From contig JASANG010003984.1 in NCBI GenBank assembly GCA_030248215.1, positions 248,001 through 312,000 on the forward strand: a stretch of DNA of 64,000 nt. The letters are read 5' to 3'. How positions within the stretch are numbered: the first letter of the stretch is position 1; every line of letters begins with the position of its first letter. Made by a program: the position numbers and the translations under genes. The notes beneath the pieces were generated by a model. That model was not told where the DNA came from, ran no database searches, and saw only the letters and a list, made by a program, of their open reading frames with translations. This document shows, piece after piece, positions 57,101 to 64,000 of the stretch. The stretch is from Enoplolaimus lenunculus (Eukaryota).

Positions 57101-60100
57101 CACTTACTGACACTCAAATGCAATAATGATAACAGTTAATTTGCTAATTGCACCGAATATCCTACTAATTTTCAAATATAGAAAGTTATAAGCGTCATAT
57201 TTAAGTATTTCGTATCCAGAAACTAAACCAATCCCAAACCTAATATTTATAAAAATATAATGCAATCAGATGCATCAGGCTGCGACACCCTTGTCGAGCC
57301 AGACATAACAAGCATCTCTGACACAAAAGTATTGGGTTCGATTCCAAACGGGGTCGTATATAGGCAGATTGGGCCAACGCGAACTCATCACAGTCCGTGT
57401 AAAAATTGCGGCTACAAAGAAAAGTTTCAAACGAACTTGTAAATCATCGCAAACCCTTGTATGCCCTCCTATGAACGTTCCTGCCGCCCCACTGCAAGGT
57501 GAGAGTTAACAACAGGCTTGTTTTTAAACTTGAAGCTAAACGTCAGTTGAAATTACATCGATCAAAGTTGGAAACGGCCAAACATTGAACTGAATACAAA
57601 CAAACAATCCACTTGAAAATTGACGCTACTCAAAACAACAGGTCCTATGGAACGTCGTATCAACCCCGCCGTACGGGATTCTTACCAGAGTCGGCATAAA
57701 CATTTTCCGACGGGGGGTTGACCAATATTTTCCTAACACAGAATTGTTCGAATCGAGTTGAGCAAAAAATTTTTGACCCTCGCTTCCTCAAAATTCCGTC
57801 CTTATTTCAAATATTACACAACTGTTTCCAAATTCCACAAAAACGTTGCGATAGGTGGTACACACAGTGTGACAATATACGAATCTGACACAAACTAAAA
57901 CTTGAGGTTGCCAACTAAATTATGCCCACTGACATTGTTGTTCAATGTGTGAAAACTTCACTTTGCTGGAATTAGACTATTCTTTTAAATCTTACGCGTT
58001 TCACAAGTTGAACGCAACTCTCTACAGTGAATTATCATGGTACACAAGTCGGACAGGCTAATTTAGTCGTAGTATGCATATATTTTTTAACTATACATAC
58101 TGGATTTTTACCGAGACAATAGTTGTGAAACTTTTTCGATCACGGGTGCATGCACTCAGCGAAGCAGTTTATACGCTGCCAGGCTGGCAACAAAGATTCG
58201 AATTCAGAGTCGGCAAAAATTTGCGGTTCAGATTTGGATTCGGTTGTGACAAAGCCGAATTGAAATGCTGAATCCAACAGTGTTTGGCAATATTTTTTAA
58301 GCAATAATTATTTTTAAATCACTTGTTATTATATAAATCATTTATTTTTGTTTCAAGTCACAAAGGTCAGAAATGAGGTCGACCACGAAATATATAAACG
58401 TTAACAGTTATGCGGCTGGCAATGCGTTGATATTCTGAACCAAATTATAGATATTAATGAAATTTGCAATATACATTCGGATTTGGATTCGGCAAATTGG
58501 CAAAGGATTCAGATACGGTCAAATCGTGTATTCGGTGCCACCCTGGTTTAAGGGGCTGCACTCTAGCGCCCGTAGTCAGAAATGTGCCAGGGAAGGCGCA
58601 GATAGCCCTGGAGGAATTTTGCTTTCCCCCAAAACATTTTCAACCTTGCATGGAAGTCATCAAAAACTCTTGCATGCCCCTCATAAAAATGGGTATCCCC
58701 TTAGCAGTAAGCTGGCTACATGGCCGGAGCAGTCACCCCCATACCCTAATTTGGTAGGCCCAAACCCCTAAACGGGTCCCCACCCTAACCGGTTGAAACA
58801 AAAACCGTCGAAATTTTAAAACACGTCTGGCTTCTCGTTTGGCTTCCCTCGCTAGTTTGGGGGGAGACCCCACCACTTCCTGCTCCGCCACTGGCTGGCT
58901 ATGGGCTTGCGCACTTTGAAAAACAAATTTGGTCGTCGTTACCAGAATCGGAATCGGAATTTTTAGTTTTGCGTTATGATTTTGTTAAGTTTTAGTCGCA
59001 AAACCAAATAGGTTTTATTTCACGTTTTACACAGTATTTTCTCAGTGTAAGTTTTCAGTGGCAAAGCATAATTCTTCAAATTAGGCGATTTTTCCATTCA
59101 TTTTCCGTGTTTTTAATTGCCTTAAATCAAGGTGGAACATAAGTTTAAACATGGAATAATTTTGACGGAAAAACGCACGTCACCGGAAATACCGGAAATC
59201 CGGGCATCGGAATCACACTCGTTCGGAATCGGAATCGAAAAGCAAATTTTGTCGGAATGTTAGCCGGAATCGGAATTCCGTTGAAACTCTGGAAACTATA
59301 TATATATATAAATATATATATATGTATATATATATACATATATATTTAAGAAGATGTAACTGTACTGTTGCCTCAATGTTAACAATTTGCCAAAGTTGTT
59401 TTAAAAACTAAATTTGAAGGACAGCATAACCGCGAAGTGTGCCCAGAACAGGGTACATTGCCACAAGGCAAAACCCTTCCGCCTTACAAATCAATAATCA
59501 ATCCTTGTGACTATAAACAATACCGCCCGTTTACTGAATACGTCTCAAACACAATCAAATTTTTGCTCAGGCATAGGCTTAGGTTCACACTAAAACTACA
59601 AATTAGTGATATTAGTGCTATGTTTTCAAGTTTGAACCGGAACATTCGCTTGTTTGAAAGTTGAATAGCTTTCACTAAATGATGATAGGTGTTACACACA
59701 TTTGAGAATATGCGTCTCAGGCTAATAGACCTATTATAACATACCGCTTATTAAATTTTTAAATTGAAAAATTTTAAAACATAATTTAAAATAAAGCGTT
59801 GTTTCAGCCAACTTTATCGTTTGAGTTGGATTCAAAATTTTGCATGTTTTACTGATGTTAACGAATCTACGACACAATTGGTCGCCCCACCGCTTGGCGT
59901 CCAATAGTGTTTTAACGCCTACGAATAAATCTCCAGCATAGTTCTAAGTATAATTCTAAGGCCAAACGAGAGTTTAAGCGTAATGATTGACGACCAATTG
60001 TCGAGTCGATGAAATTTCAGATTACAAGTTGTCGACTGACGAGTTTTCGGGCGGCGTATTGTCGTGAGACTGGATTTAGCACGATGTACTTCGCTCACGG

Positions 60101-63100
60101 CATTTGAATCACACGTATACACAATAAATTCAAGTTCAAACAAATCATTTCTATGCGCATAGGACAATAGGAAGAATTTCCGTTTAGAAATAACATATTT
60201 CTAACCGGTGATAGGTGCTACACACATTTGACAGGTCTTCAAGCTTTACAGCGCACGCATGTTCATAATTTCCAAATGTACGTATATTCTTAATACCTTA
60301 ACTCTTCGAAGAAAAATATAACCAAAAACCAACTGAAGCGTATAATAAAACCTTAAAGACTAAAACATGAACGATGCTTTCGAACGTCAAAATTAGCACT
60401 AACTACGACGTGTAACAGCCTTTTGAAACGAAAAAAAAAGCGGCTAGCATGAAAAACTATACATTTTAGACTTTTATTTTAGGTAAAAAAATGAACTTCT
60501 GGCAAATTTTGTCATTTTTTTGCAGCAAAGATTAACAGACCAACAAGCAATTATATTGCTGTTAAGGTCAGTGGTTTGGCTAAGACTAAGTAGTCTAACC
60601 AGTGTTTGCCAGAAATCATATACTTTCAAGTCTTTTGGATTCACCGAAAGCTGTAGCACTGTACGCGTATGTATTAGAGTGGCGCTATACTTGTGACTGT
60701 TCTAATTTGATGCTGTCCGGTGCCGTTCGGTAACCCATAAATTGCCGTATGGCACCGCATAACAATTTGTAAACAAACTTTTTTTGACTCGGACAGTGCC
60801 GAACGTCAAGTATAGCGTCACACGTACGGTTAAAGAAATGATACAAACTGATGTTGCATCAAATTATTGTGAATTATGTATATTATTAAAGCTGCGACGC
60901 TCCACATACGTATTTTTGGCAACTTTCCAGCATTACTTTGTTTACATTATTTTCTCACAACAGAAATGTCACTGTTCTGTGGAAAGAAAATTTGTACGCA
61001 AATTGTTATTGGTTCAGTAACTTTTGCGCATTACGCAAAGCCGGCTGACTAAGCTGCATTTCCGAAAACCAACGACGACTCCGAAAAGCGTACAGATAAT
61101 TTAAACAGCTCTTTGAACTGAACTTACCACATCTTTGAGTTGGGATTCAATCTGCGCCAGTAATTCAACGCTCATTCGTACATTTGGCCCAATAATGAGT
61201 CGAGGTACAGAAGCGCTTCGCGTGCCCGGGGGTGAACTTCCGTCAGCGTTATTATCTTTGGACGGGTGACCACCTGCCAATTCTGCGGATGGGTAAGAAT
61301 GTGCAAATTGATGCTGTTGTTGTGGTTGTGGTTGTTGTTGTTCCGTTACTGACTGAGGTATAGCAATTGGTTTCCTAGCTGTTGCATTAATAGGTGAACT
61401 CGAGTTGAGTTGCACACTGGGTCGACTCAAGTCTGGCTGAGGTTCAATAGCTTCTGGCGCTTGCTGAAGACTATGAGTCAATAGCAAGCACAAGTGGGGG
61501 TCCAGCGATGTTGCCGTTGTTACAACCTTAGTTGGAACGGTGAGTACCCCAGGACGCTCAGGGATCCGTATGTAAATCGGATTGCCAGCTGAAAGTGAAA
61601 AAAATTGTGGATGAGTTTAGTGGAACTCCGGTTGTCTACATTTTTGGGACACAAACTATATGCGATATTGCTTATTAGAATATCGCTATGGCTTAATATA
61701 ATGCATATAAAGTAATGAACACTCAGTGGCATAGTGTCTCATATTTGTAAAATATAGTACACACCAGGTTTATTCGGCGCACAAAAATGAAGGTCAATGT
61801 AGCGGTAGCTGCAGCACCGTTACTTTTGCTCAGCGGTGGTGGATCAAGGATCTTCCGGTGAGGGATAATATGATTTGTGCTTCATTTTTAGAGTTAAAAC
61901 GCATTTTTAGCTAATTTTTTGATATTAAAATTTGACCAATTGTACCGAAAACACAAATTCTCTCGAGCCCCCAACCCTCGTATCGGCCACTGCTTTTAGT
62001 AATTAATTTTAAAAATATATTTATTGTAAATAAAAATTACCGAACTTACCTTCGTCTAACGTAGGATTATCCGTTGTTCCGGGCATATCAGTCGCACGAG
62101 CGACAATTAACCGAACGCAGTCTGACTCTTGTTGACGTAACACAGTTGCAACCTGAAAAAAAAGAATGTAGAAATTGCAAAAATTATTGTCGTACTCAGT
62201 CTACTTTGAAATTGTTAACATAGCTAATTTCTTTATGTTTTTTTACAAAAATTAAAATTCGAATATAATTTTAAGTATTACTAATCAAAACGATTTTGCG
62301 AATTTTCTTTCACGATTGAAAAGTGGCGTTACAGTTAGAAAAGAATCAAAATCTCCGCAAAGCCAGCGCGATAATGCAACTTCCACAATAAAACGCAATA
62401 CATCAGAATTTCAAGATTCAGTGCGTGGCAATGACCACCCCCAAACAGTCTCAGTGTCCGTTGCTAACACATCAAACGGTTACATTGAGTATCCGCGTTA
62501 TTGTTAAACAATCTACGATAATTCGTCGCCGGACAACTTATCGCCCAACAGTGTCCTAAAGCCTATAACAAATCTAATCATAATCGTAAAGCGTAATCCT
62601 AAGCCTAAACCTAAACATAATAATGGCCGACGAACTGTCGAGTCGATCAAATTTCGGATTACAAGTTGTCGAGCGACAAGTTTTTGGGCGACCAAGTGTC
62701 GCGATACCATTGTTAAATTGGCTTGAGATTTTTTAAAGCTAAATTTTGGTTCTAAAAGCGTGAATAAATCAAAATTTTTACCTGTTCCGATGTCATTCCG
62801 GTCAAAAACACATCGCCAATTTGAATCAAGTGATCACCGGAACGTAGTCGGCCATCCTAAAATGATAAACAAACGTATAAACAGATACGGTACAGGCTTC
62901 AACATTATTTTTAAAATTATACAAAGTTCAAGTTTTTCGGTATTACGACAATTCGTCGCCCGACAGCATGTAATTCAAAATCATTGCGGTTAGGCTTAGA
63001 CTTAGGCTTAGTATTAACGCTTACGATTATGCCAGGCTTCAATATTATTTTTAAAATTATACAAAGTTCAAGTTTTTCGGTATTACGACAATTCGTCGCC

Positions 63101-63817
63101 CGACAACATGTAATTCAAAATCATTGCAGTTAGGCTTAGACTTAGGCTTAGTATTAACGCTTACGATTATGCCAGGCTTCAATATTATTTTTAAAATTAT
63201 ACAAAGTTCAAGTTTTTCGGTATTACGACAATTCGTCGCCCGACAACATGTAATTCAAAATCATTGCGGTTAGGCTTAGACTTAGTCTTAGTATTAACGC
63301 TTACGATTATGCCAGGCTTCAATATTATTTTTAAAATTATACAAAGTTCAAGTTTTTCGGTATTACGACAATTCGTCGCCCGACAACATGTAATTCAAAA
63401 TCATTGCGGTTAGGCTTAGACTTAGGCTTAGTATTAACGCTTACGATTATGCCAGGCTTCAATATTATTTTTAAAATTATACAAAGTTCAAGTTTTTCGG
63501 TATTACGACAATTCGTCGCCCGACAGCATGTAATTCAAAATCATTGCGGTTAGGCTTAGGCTTAGTATTAACGCTTACGATTATGCTTATAATACTGAAA
63601 TATCAGTATTATGCAGATGTGGCAACTCGATTGGTTGTGGACTTTTTGGCTGTCAATAGATGCTAGGCATATCTCAACGTACCTTATCCGCTGGCCCTCC
63701 GGCAACGATAGTCTTAACAATTACGCCAGTAGACCGGCCGCCAATGATGCCAAACCCGAGGCCGGAGCCTTCGTTCAACAAATCAACCACTTGCAACTCG
63801 GTCCATTCTCCAGTCAG
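4958..63817 (-). CDS. mpz-1: Multi-PDZ domain scaffold protein (MPDZ/MUPP1/PATJ family), partial spliced CDS, 15 exons, 846 codons, PDZ2-PDZ5 equivalents
   Basis: All 15 exons have AG/GT boundaries and compatible phases with no stop codon. Motifs [37 protein letters not shown] and [13 protein letters not shown]...GLGFS..DYQDP match the family from recall. The family call is firmer than the exact symbol. Confidence 0.92.
5640..7318. mobile_element. Family D element, left terminus TAGGGTTGCGCTATACTTG, interior expanded into a satellite
   Basis: Same terminus and GGCGCCGTCCGTCACC motifs as copies at 1-271, 27042, 41190, 60675; no right TIR seen. Confidence 0.75.
5776..7300. repeat. 21-bp minisatellite GTAAGGGTGACAAA(TGGCGAC/CGGCGGC), ~70 units
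   Basis: Direct reading; it explains all the long ORFs between 5645 and 7361. Confidence 0.98.
7449..7721. mobile_element. Family F TIR element (GGCC termini) carrying (CCTAAG)n = (TTAGGC)n
   Basis: TIR GGCCAATGATAAAACAGGGCCGGA / TCCGGTCCTGTTCTATACATGGGCC, perfect 8-bp TSD GGTGTTTT. Confidence 0.9.
7785..7872 (-). CDS. mpz-1: Exon n: [29 protein letters not shown]
   Basis: TTTCAG acceptor, GTAAAT donor, 88 nt, phase 0/1; not in ORF track. Confidence 0.95.
8186..8555. mobile_element. TIR element rich in ACTTAAGT palindromes; second copy inverted at ~15610-15967
   Basis: Ends GGCTGTGTTTCCGAAA / TTCAAAAACCCAGCC; interior shared with the 15.6-kb copy. Confidence 0.8.
8672..8773. mobile_element. 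Family A internally deleted copy
   Basis: GGTGCGACCGGA / TCCGGTCGCACC inverted ends; no TSD match. Confidence 0.75.
8806..8948 (-). CDS. mpz-1: Exon m: [48 protein letters not shown] (fourth PDZ start)
   Basis: TTTTAG acceptor, GTACGG donor, 143 nt, phase 1/0, GLGF loop. Confidence 0.95.
9039..9154. repeat. (TAAA)n microsatellite
   Basis: Direct reading. Confidence 0.97.
9325..9418 (-). CDS. mpz-1: Exon l: [31 protein letters not shown]
   Basis: TTTTAG acceptor, GTATGC donor, 94 nt, phase 0/1. Completes the ERLVK-SKSD motif and supplies the phase change needed for the next exon. Confidence 0.88.
10192..10437 (-). CDS. mpz-1: Exon k: [31 protein letters not shown]...MPERLVK
   Basis: TTTCAG acceptor, GTATGT donor, 246 nt, phase 0/0. 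Confidence 0.94.
10880..11034 (+). mobile_element. Degenerate 3' end of an RTE-clade LINE
   Basis: Translates [11 protein letters not shown].. then, after a frameshift, [21 protein letters not shown], followed by a GAA-rich tail. Resembles the RTE C-terminal GRP..RW.D...DR.KWR...ADP motif. Confidence 0.75.
11094..11267 (-). CDS. mpz-1: Exon j: [58 protein letters not shown] (third PDZ)
   Basis: TTTCAG acceptor, GTATTT donor, 174 nt, phase 0/0, invertebrate Patj-type [14 protein letters not shown] loop. Confidence 0.96.
11658..11809 (-). CDS. mpz-1: Exon i: [51 protein letters not shown]
   Basis: TTATAG acceptor, GTAAGT donor, 152 nt, phase 1/0, W..MG....IV pre-PDZ motif. Confidence 0.92.
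12825..13203. mobile_element. hAT-like MITE with CGGAAT/CGGAAC subterminal repeats; relatives at 32151, 50197, 53194, ~58940-59290
   Basis: CAGGGTTC / GAACCCTG ends, imperfect 8-bp TSD (TTTTTTAG/CTTTTTAC). Confidence 0.75.
16213..16512. mobile_element. TIR element GTCGTA(A/G)GCCAA...TTGGCTTACGAC; partial copy at ~41570-41833
   Basis: Inverted ends and repeated TAGCAG(A/T)TTGGC motif. Confidence 0.7.
18465..18627. mobile_element. Family B copy
   Basis: TSD TTACTACA/CTACTACA (7/8), family core. Confidence 0.88.
20851..21052. mobile_element. hAT-like MITE family N (CAGGGCCGGAG...CTCCGGCACTG, core CCCACCCTAACCGGTTGAAACAAAAA)
   Basis: TIRs; homologous to 48121, 58719, ~30468, ~52280. Confidence 0.82.
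21697..22065 (-). CDS. mpz-1: Exon h: S/T-rich linker ([20 protein letters not shown]...SPKKPTKP)
   Basis: TTTTAG(CAG) acceptor, GTAATG donor, 369 nt, phase 1/1, open frame (ORF 21653..22087). Confidence 0.82.
22202..22475. mobile_element. TIR element TATTCACACGTGCAA...TTGCACGTGTGAATA, TAA-flanked (PIF/Harbinger-like); shorter copy at ~17068-17204
   Basis: Long inverted ends, TAA on both sides. Confidence 0.7.
22728..22929. mobile_element. Family F copy with TTAGGC tracts, abutting a family E fragment
   Basis: Colinear with 7449-7721. Confidence 0.85.
23046..23181 (-). CDS. mpz-1: Exon g: [45 protein letters not shown]
   Basis: TTTCAG acceptor, GTGAGT donor, 136 nt, phase 0/1, PDZ C-half. 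Confidence 0.94.
23190..23277. repeat. 20-bp tandem repeat AAAACAACAAATTGTTTACT x4
   Basis: Direct reading; lies next to the exon g acceptor. Confidence 0.95.
23875..24319. mobile_element. TA-flanked TIR element (Tc1/mariner-like MITE); second copy inverted at ~44433-44904
   Basis: TA|CTGTAGTGACC...GGTCACTACAG|TA; interior homologous to the 44.4-kb copy. Confidence 0.85.
24488..24579 (-). CDS. mpz-1: Exon f: [31 protein letters not shown]
   Basis: TTTCAG acceptor, GTGAGT donor, 92 nt, phase 1/0. Confidence 0.95.
24721..25113. mobile_element. Family A-related hAT-like MITE
   Basis: CAAGGATCGACCGGATA / TATCCGGTCGATCCCTG, TSD GCCATGGA/GCTATGGA. Confidence 0.88.
25485..25852. mobile_element. 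Degenerate TTAGGC-bearing element (family F-like)
   Basis: TGGTCCAT / ATGGACCA ends, decayed TTAGGY hexamers at 25588-25812. Confidence 0.5.
26004..26190. mobile_element. hAT-like MITE with GGCGGAT(C/T)C termini; relatives at 28078-28376, ~32880-33020, ~45296-45566, ~51120
   Basis: CACTGGCGGATTCA / TGGATCCGCCACTA, TSD CACAACGT/TACAACGC. Confidence 0.7.
27042..27373. mobile_element. Complete family D MITE with about 4-5 internal 31-bp repeats
   Basis: AGGATTGCGCTATACTT / AAGTATAGCGCAACCC ends; unit CCCGTACGGCGCCGTCCGTCACTGTCCCTCA. Confidence 0.88.
27817..28036. mobile_element. Family F copy (TTAGGC on + strand)
   Basis: GGCCCAT / ATTTGGCC ends, colinear with 43473. Confidence 0.85.
28682..28901. 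mobile_element. Family J MITE (TATTCTCAAATGCGTATAGCACCTATCA TIR, CTG TSD, PIF/Harbinger-like); copies near 13220, 17965, 19481, 40082, 42090, 51565, 59540
   Basis: Long TIRs flanked by CTG on both sides; interior recurs. Confidence 0.85.
29098..29305. mobile_element. Family A copy
   Basis: CAGGGTGTGACCGGATAT / ATATCCAGTCGCATCCTA, TSD GTTTAAGT/GTTTAAGC. Confidence 0.85.
32151..32571. mobile_element. hAT-like MITE
   Basis: CAGGGTGCAGCC / GGTTGCACCCTC, perfect TSD TCTACAGA. Confidence 0.9.
33189..34254. mobile_element. 1066-bp hAT-like non-autonomous element
   Basis: CAGGGTTGTT / AACCACCCTG ends, GGAAAAAATG subterminal motifs, TSD CCGACGCG/CCGACGGG. Confidence 0.75.
34633..35008. mobile_element. 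Family F copy with the longest telomere-like tract (~20 CCTAAG units at 34677-34797)
   Basis: GGCCAATGTAAA / TTTACATGGGCC, TSD ATATTCAG/ACTTTCAG. Confidence 0.9.
36038..36351. mobile_element. Element with CAAGAGTGTGCAACT inverted ends inside CCAAGAGTGGATGAT inverted ends; relatives at ~19148-19296, ~39106-39341, ~48500-48551
   Basis: Inverted repeats and shared ACGCCCGGTGGTAC core. Confidence 0.65.
37826..38596. repeat. 64-bp tandem array, ~12 near-identical units
   Basis: Unit ATTCCGGTAAATATCCGACACAAAACACCCGATATCCGTATCCAGTTGTGGTAAAAAATTCACG. Confidence 0.97.
39924..40050 (-). CDS. mpz-1: Exon e: [42 protein letters not shown] (second PDZ start)
   Basis: TTATAG acceptor, GTAAGT donor, 127 nt, phase 0/1, GLGITIAGY motif; not in ORF track. 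Confidence 0.94.
40136..40625. mobile_element. Family H element (TGAGTTGA-rich) with a triplicated internal 119-bp unit, nested in a family J copy
   Basis: CATTGTAATTT / AATTTACAGTG ends; CTATCACAACTC recurs at 40201, 40320, 40439. Confidence 0.85.
41190..41324. mobile_element. Short family D copy; another at ~60675-60823
   Basis: TAGGGTGGCGCTATAC...CCACCCTA with the GACGGACGGCGCC motif. Confidence 0.75.
42650..42881. mobile_element. piggyBac-like MITE; solo ends at ~22105-22135 and ~3708-3740
   Basis: TTAA|CCCTTT...AAAGGG|TTAA. Confidence 0.75.
43055..43306. mobile_element. Family H MITE (CACTG termini, TA TSD, CMC/EnSpm-like); partial inverted copy at ~35520-35761
   Basis: TA|CACTGTAAATT...AATTTACAGTG|TA. 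Confidence 0.87.
43473..43684. mobile_element. Family F copy
   Basis: GGCCCATGTATAGAACAG / CTGTTCTATACATGAGCC, TSD CCGGCCAA/CCGGCCAC, two TTAGGC tracts. Confidence 0.92.
45021..45131. repeat. 56-bp tandem duplication
   Basis: TCGCTGAAAATTTATTTTTAAG...CAACCTC at 45021 and 45077. Confidence 0.92.
47420..47577. mobile_element. Family B copy
   Basis: CAGGCTCGTAG / CTACGGGCCTG, perfect TSD TAATGATA. Confidence 0.92.
48121..48314. mobile_element. Family N copy
   Basis: CAGGGCCGGAGCAG / CTGCTCCGGCACTG, perfect TSD TAAGATCC. Confidence 0.92.
50197..50590. mobile_element. hAT-like MITE with TTCCGA repeats
   Basis: CAGGATGCAA / TTGCACCCTG, TSD GATGAAAC/GGTGAAAC. Confidence 0.82.
53976..54112. repeat. 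68-bp tandem duplication
   Basis: AGCGATGCTGGTTAGCTG...ACAACAACG at 53976 and 54044. Confidence 0.93.
54759..55444. repeat. 21-bp minisatellite GGGCCACAGTCCCATAGCCAA, ~32 units
   Basis: Direct reading. Confidence 0.98.
56103..56278. mobile_element. Family F copy with a short decayed hexamer tract
   Basis: GGCCAATGTATAGAACAGGGC / CTTTACATGAGCC ends. Confidence 0.8.
58719..58893. mobile_element. Family N copy nested in the right TIR of a family B copy (~58565-58909)
   Basis: Perfect TSD GCTGGCTA at 58711-58718 and 58894-58901. Confidence 0.88.
59297..59345. repeat. (TA)n microsatellite
   Basis: Direct reading. Confidence 0.9.
61128..61588 (-). CDS. mpz-1: Exon d: P/Q/S-rich linker ([22 protein letters not shown]...[11 protein letters not shown]...ESQLKDV)
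   Basis: TTTCAG acceptor, GTAAGT donor, 461 nt, phase 1/0, open frame overlapping ORF 61101..61493. Confidence 0.88.
62050..62152 (-). CDS. mpz-1: Exon c: [34 protein letters not shown]
   Basis: TTTCAG acceptor, GTAAGT donor, 103 nt, phase 0/1, PDZ alphaB/betaF. Confidence 0.93.
62509..62708. mobile_element. Complete family E element, 9-bp TSD (Mutator-like)
   Basis: ATTGTTAAA duplicated at 62500-62508 and 62709-62717; imperfect TIRs; CCTAAGCCTAAACCTAAA core. Confidence 0.85.
62782..62856 (-). CDS. mpz-1: Exon b: [25 protein letters not shown]
   Basis: TTTTAG acceptor, GTAAAA donor, 75 nt, phase 0/0, PDZ GRL..GD motif; not in ORF track. Confidence 0.95.
62893..63588. repeat. 140-bp tandem array, 5 units, each containing a family E end and TTAGGC hexamers
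   Basis: GGTATTACGACAATTCGTCGCC at 62939, 63079, 63219, 63359, 63499. Confidence 0.96.
63683..63817 (-). CDS. mpz-1: Exon a: [45 protein letters not shown] (first PDZ, N-half)
   Basis: TTTCAG acceptor, GTACGT donor, 135 nt, phase 0/0, GLGF loop. Confidence 0.95.
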
Positions 63818-64000
63818 CTGAAACAAAAAAAAAAGTATAAAATTAAAATTTACGCAAAACTGTTTTTGTCCGGAATAACGTTTGAGTTTTGATCGATTGC
63901 CAACTTTTAAGCCAAACAAAATTCACATGCAAAAACCAGGTGTGTTAATCGGCAAAAATTGTGTTTGCGCGAGAAAAGCCTTCCAGACGGGGATAAATTT

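Noticed and set aside
57320..57355. tRNA gene
   Set aside because: Only a B-box-like GGTTCGATTCC is present; I could not fold a cloverleaf.

Overview
This is AT-rich eukaryotic genomic DNA, most likely from a nematode: the 3' splice sites are TTTCAG/TTTTAG-type and the internal telomere-like repeats are TTAGGC. The whole window lies inside one minus-strand gene, a multi-PDZ scaffold of the MPDZ/PATJ/mpz-1 family. I reconstructed 15 GT-AG exons between 63817 and 4958 that join in phase into 2538 nt (846 codons) covering four PDZ domains, equivalent to MPDZ PDZ2-PDZ5. Neither the start nor the stop codon was identified in the window. The introns (up to ~21 kb) are packed with short non-autonomous DNA transposons: several hAT-like families with 8-bp target-site duplications (TSDs), TA-, CTG- and TTAA-TSD families, nested insertions, and an RTE LINE 3' end. 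Two TIR families carry internal TTAGGC tracts. Several tandem arrays (15, 21, 21, 31, 64, 119 and 140 bp) appear to derive from these elements. No autonomous transposase, RNA gene or CRISPR array is supported. Superfamily labels are inferred from termini and TSDs only, and repeat boundaries without a TSD are approximate.
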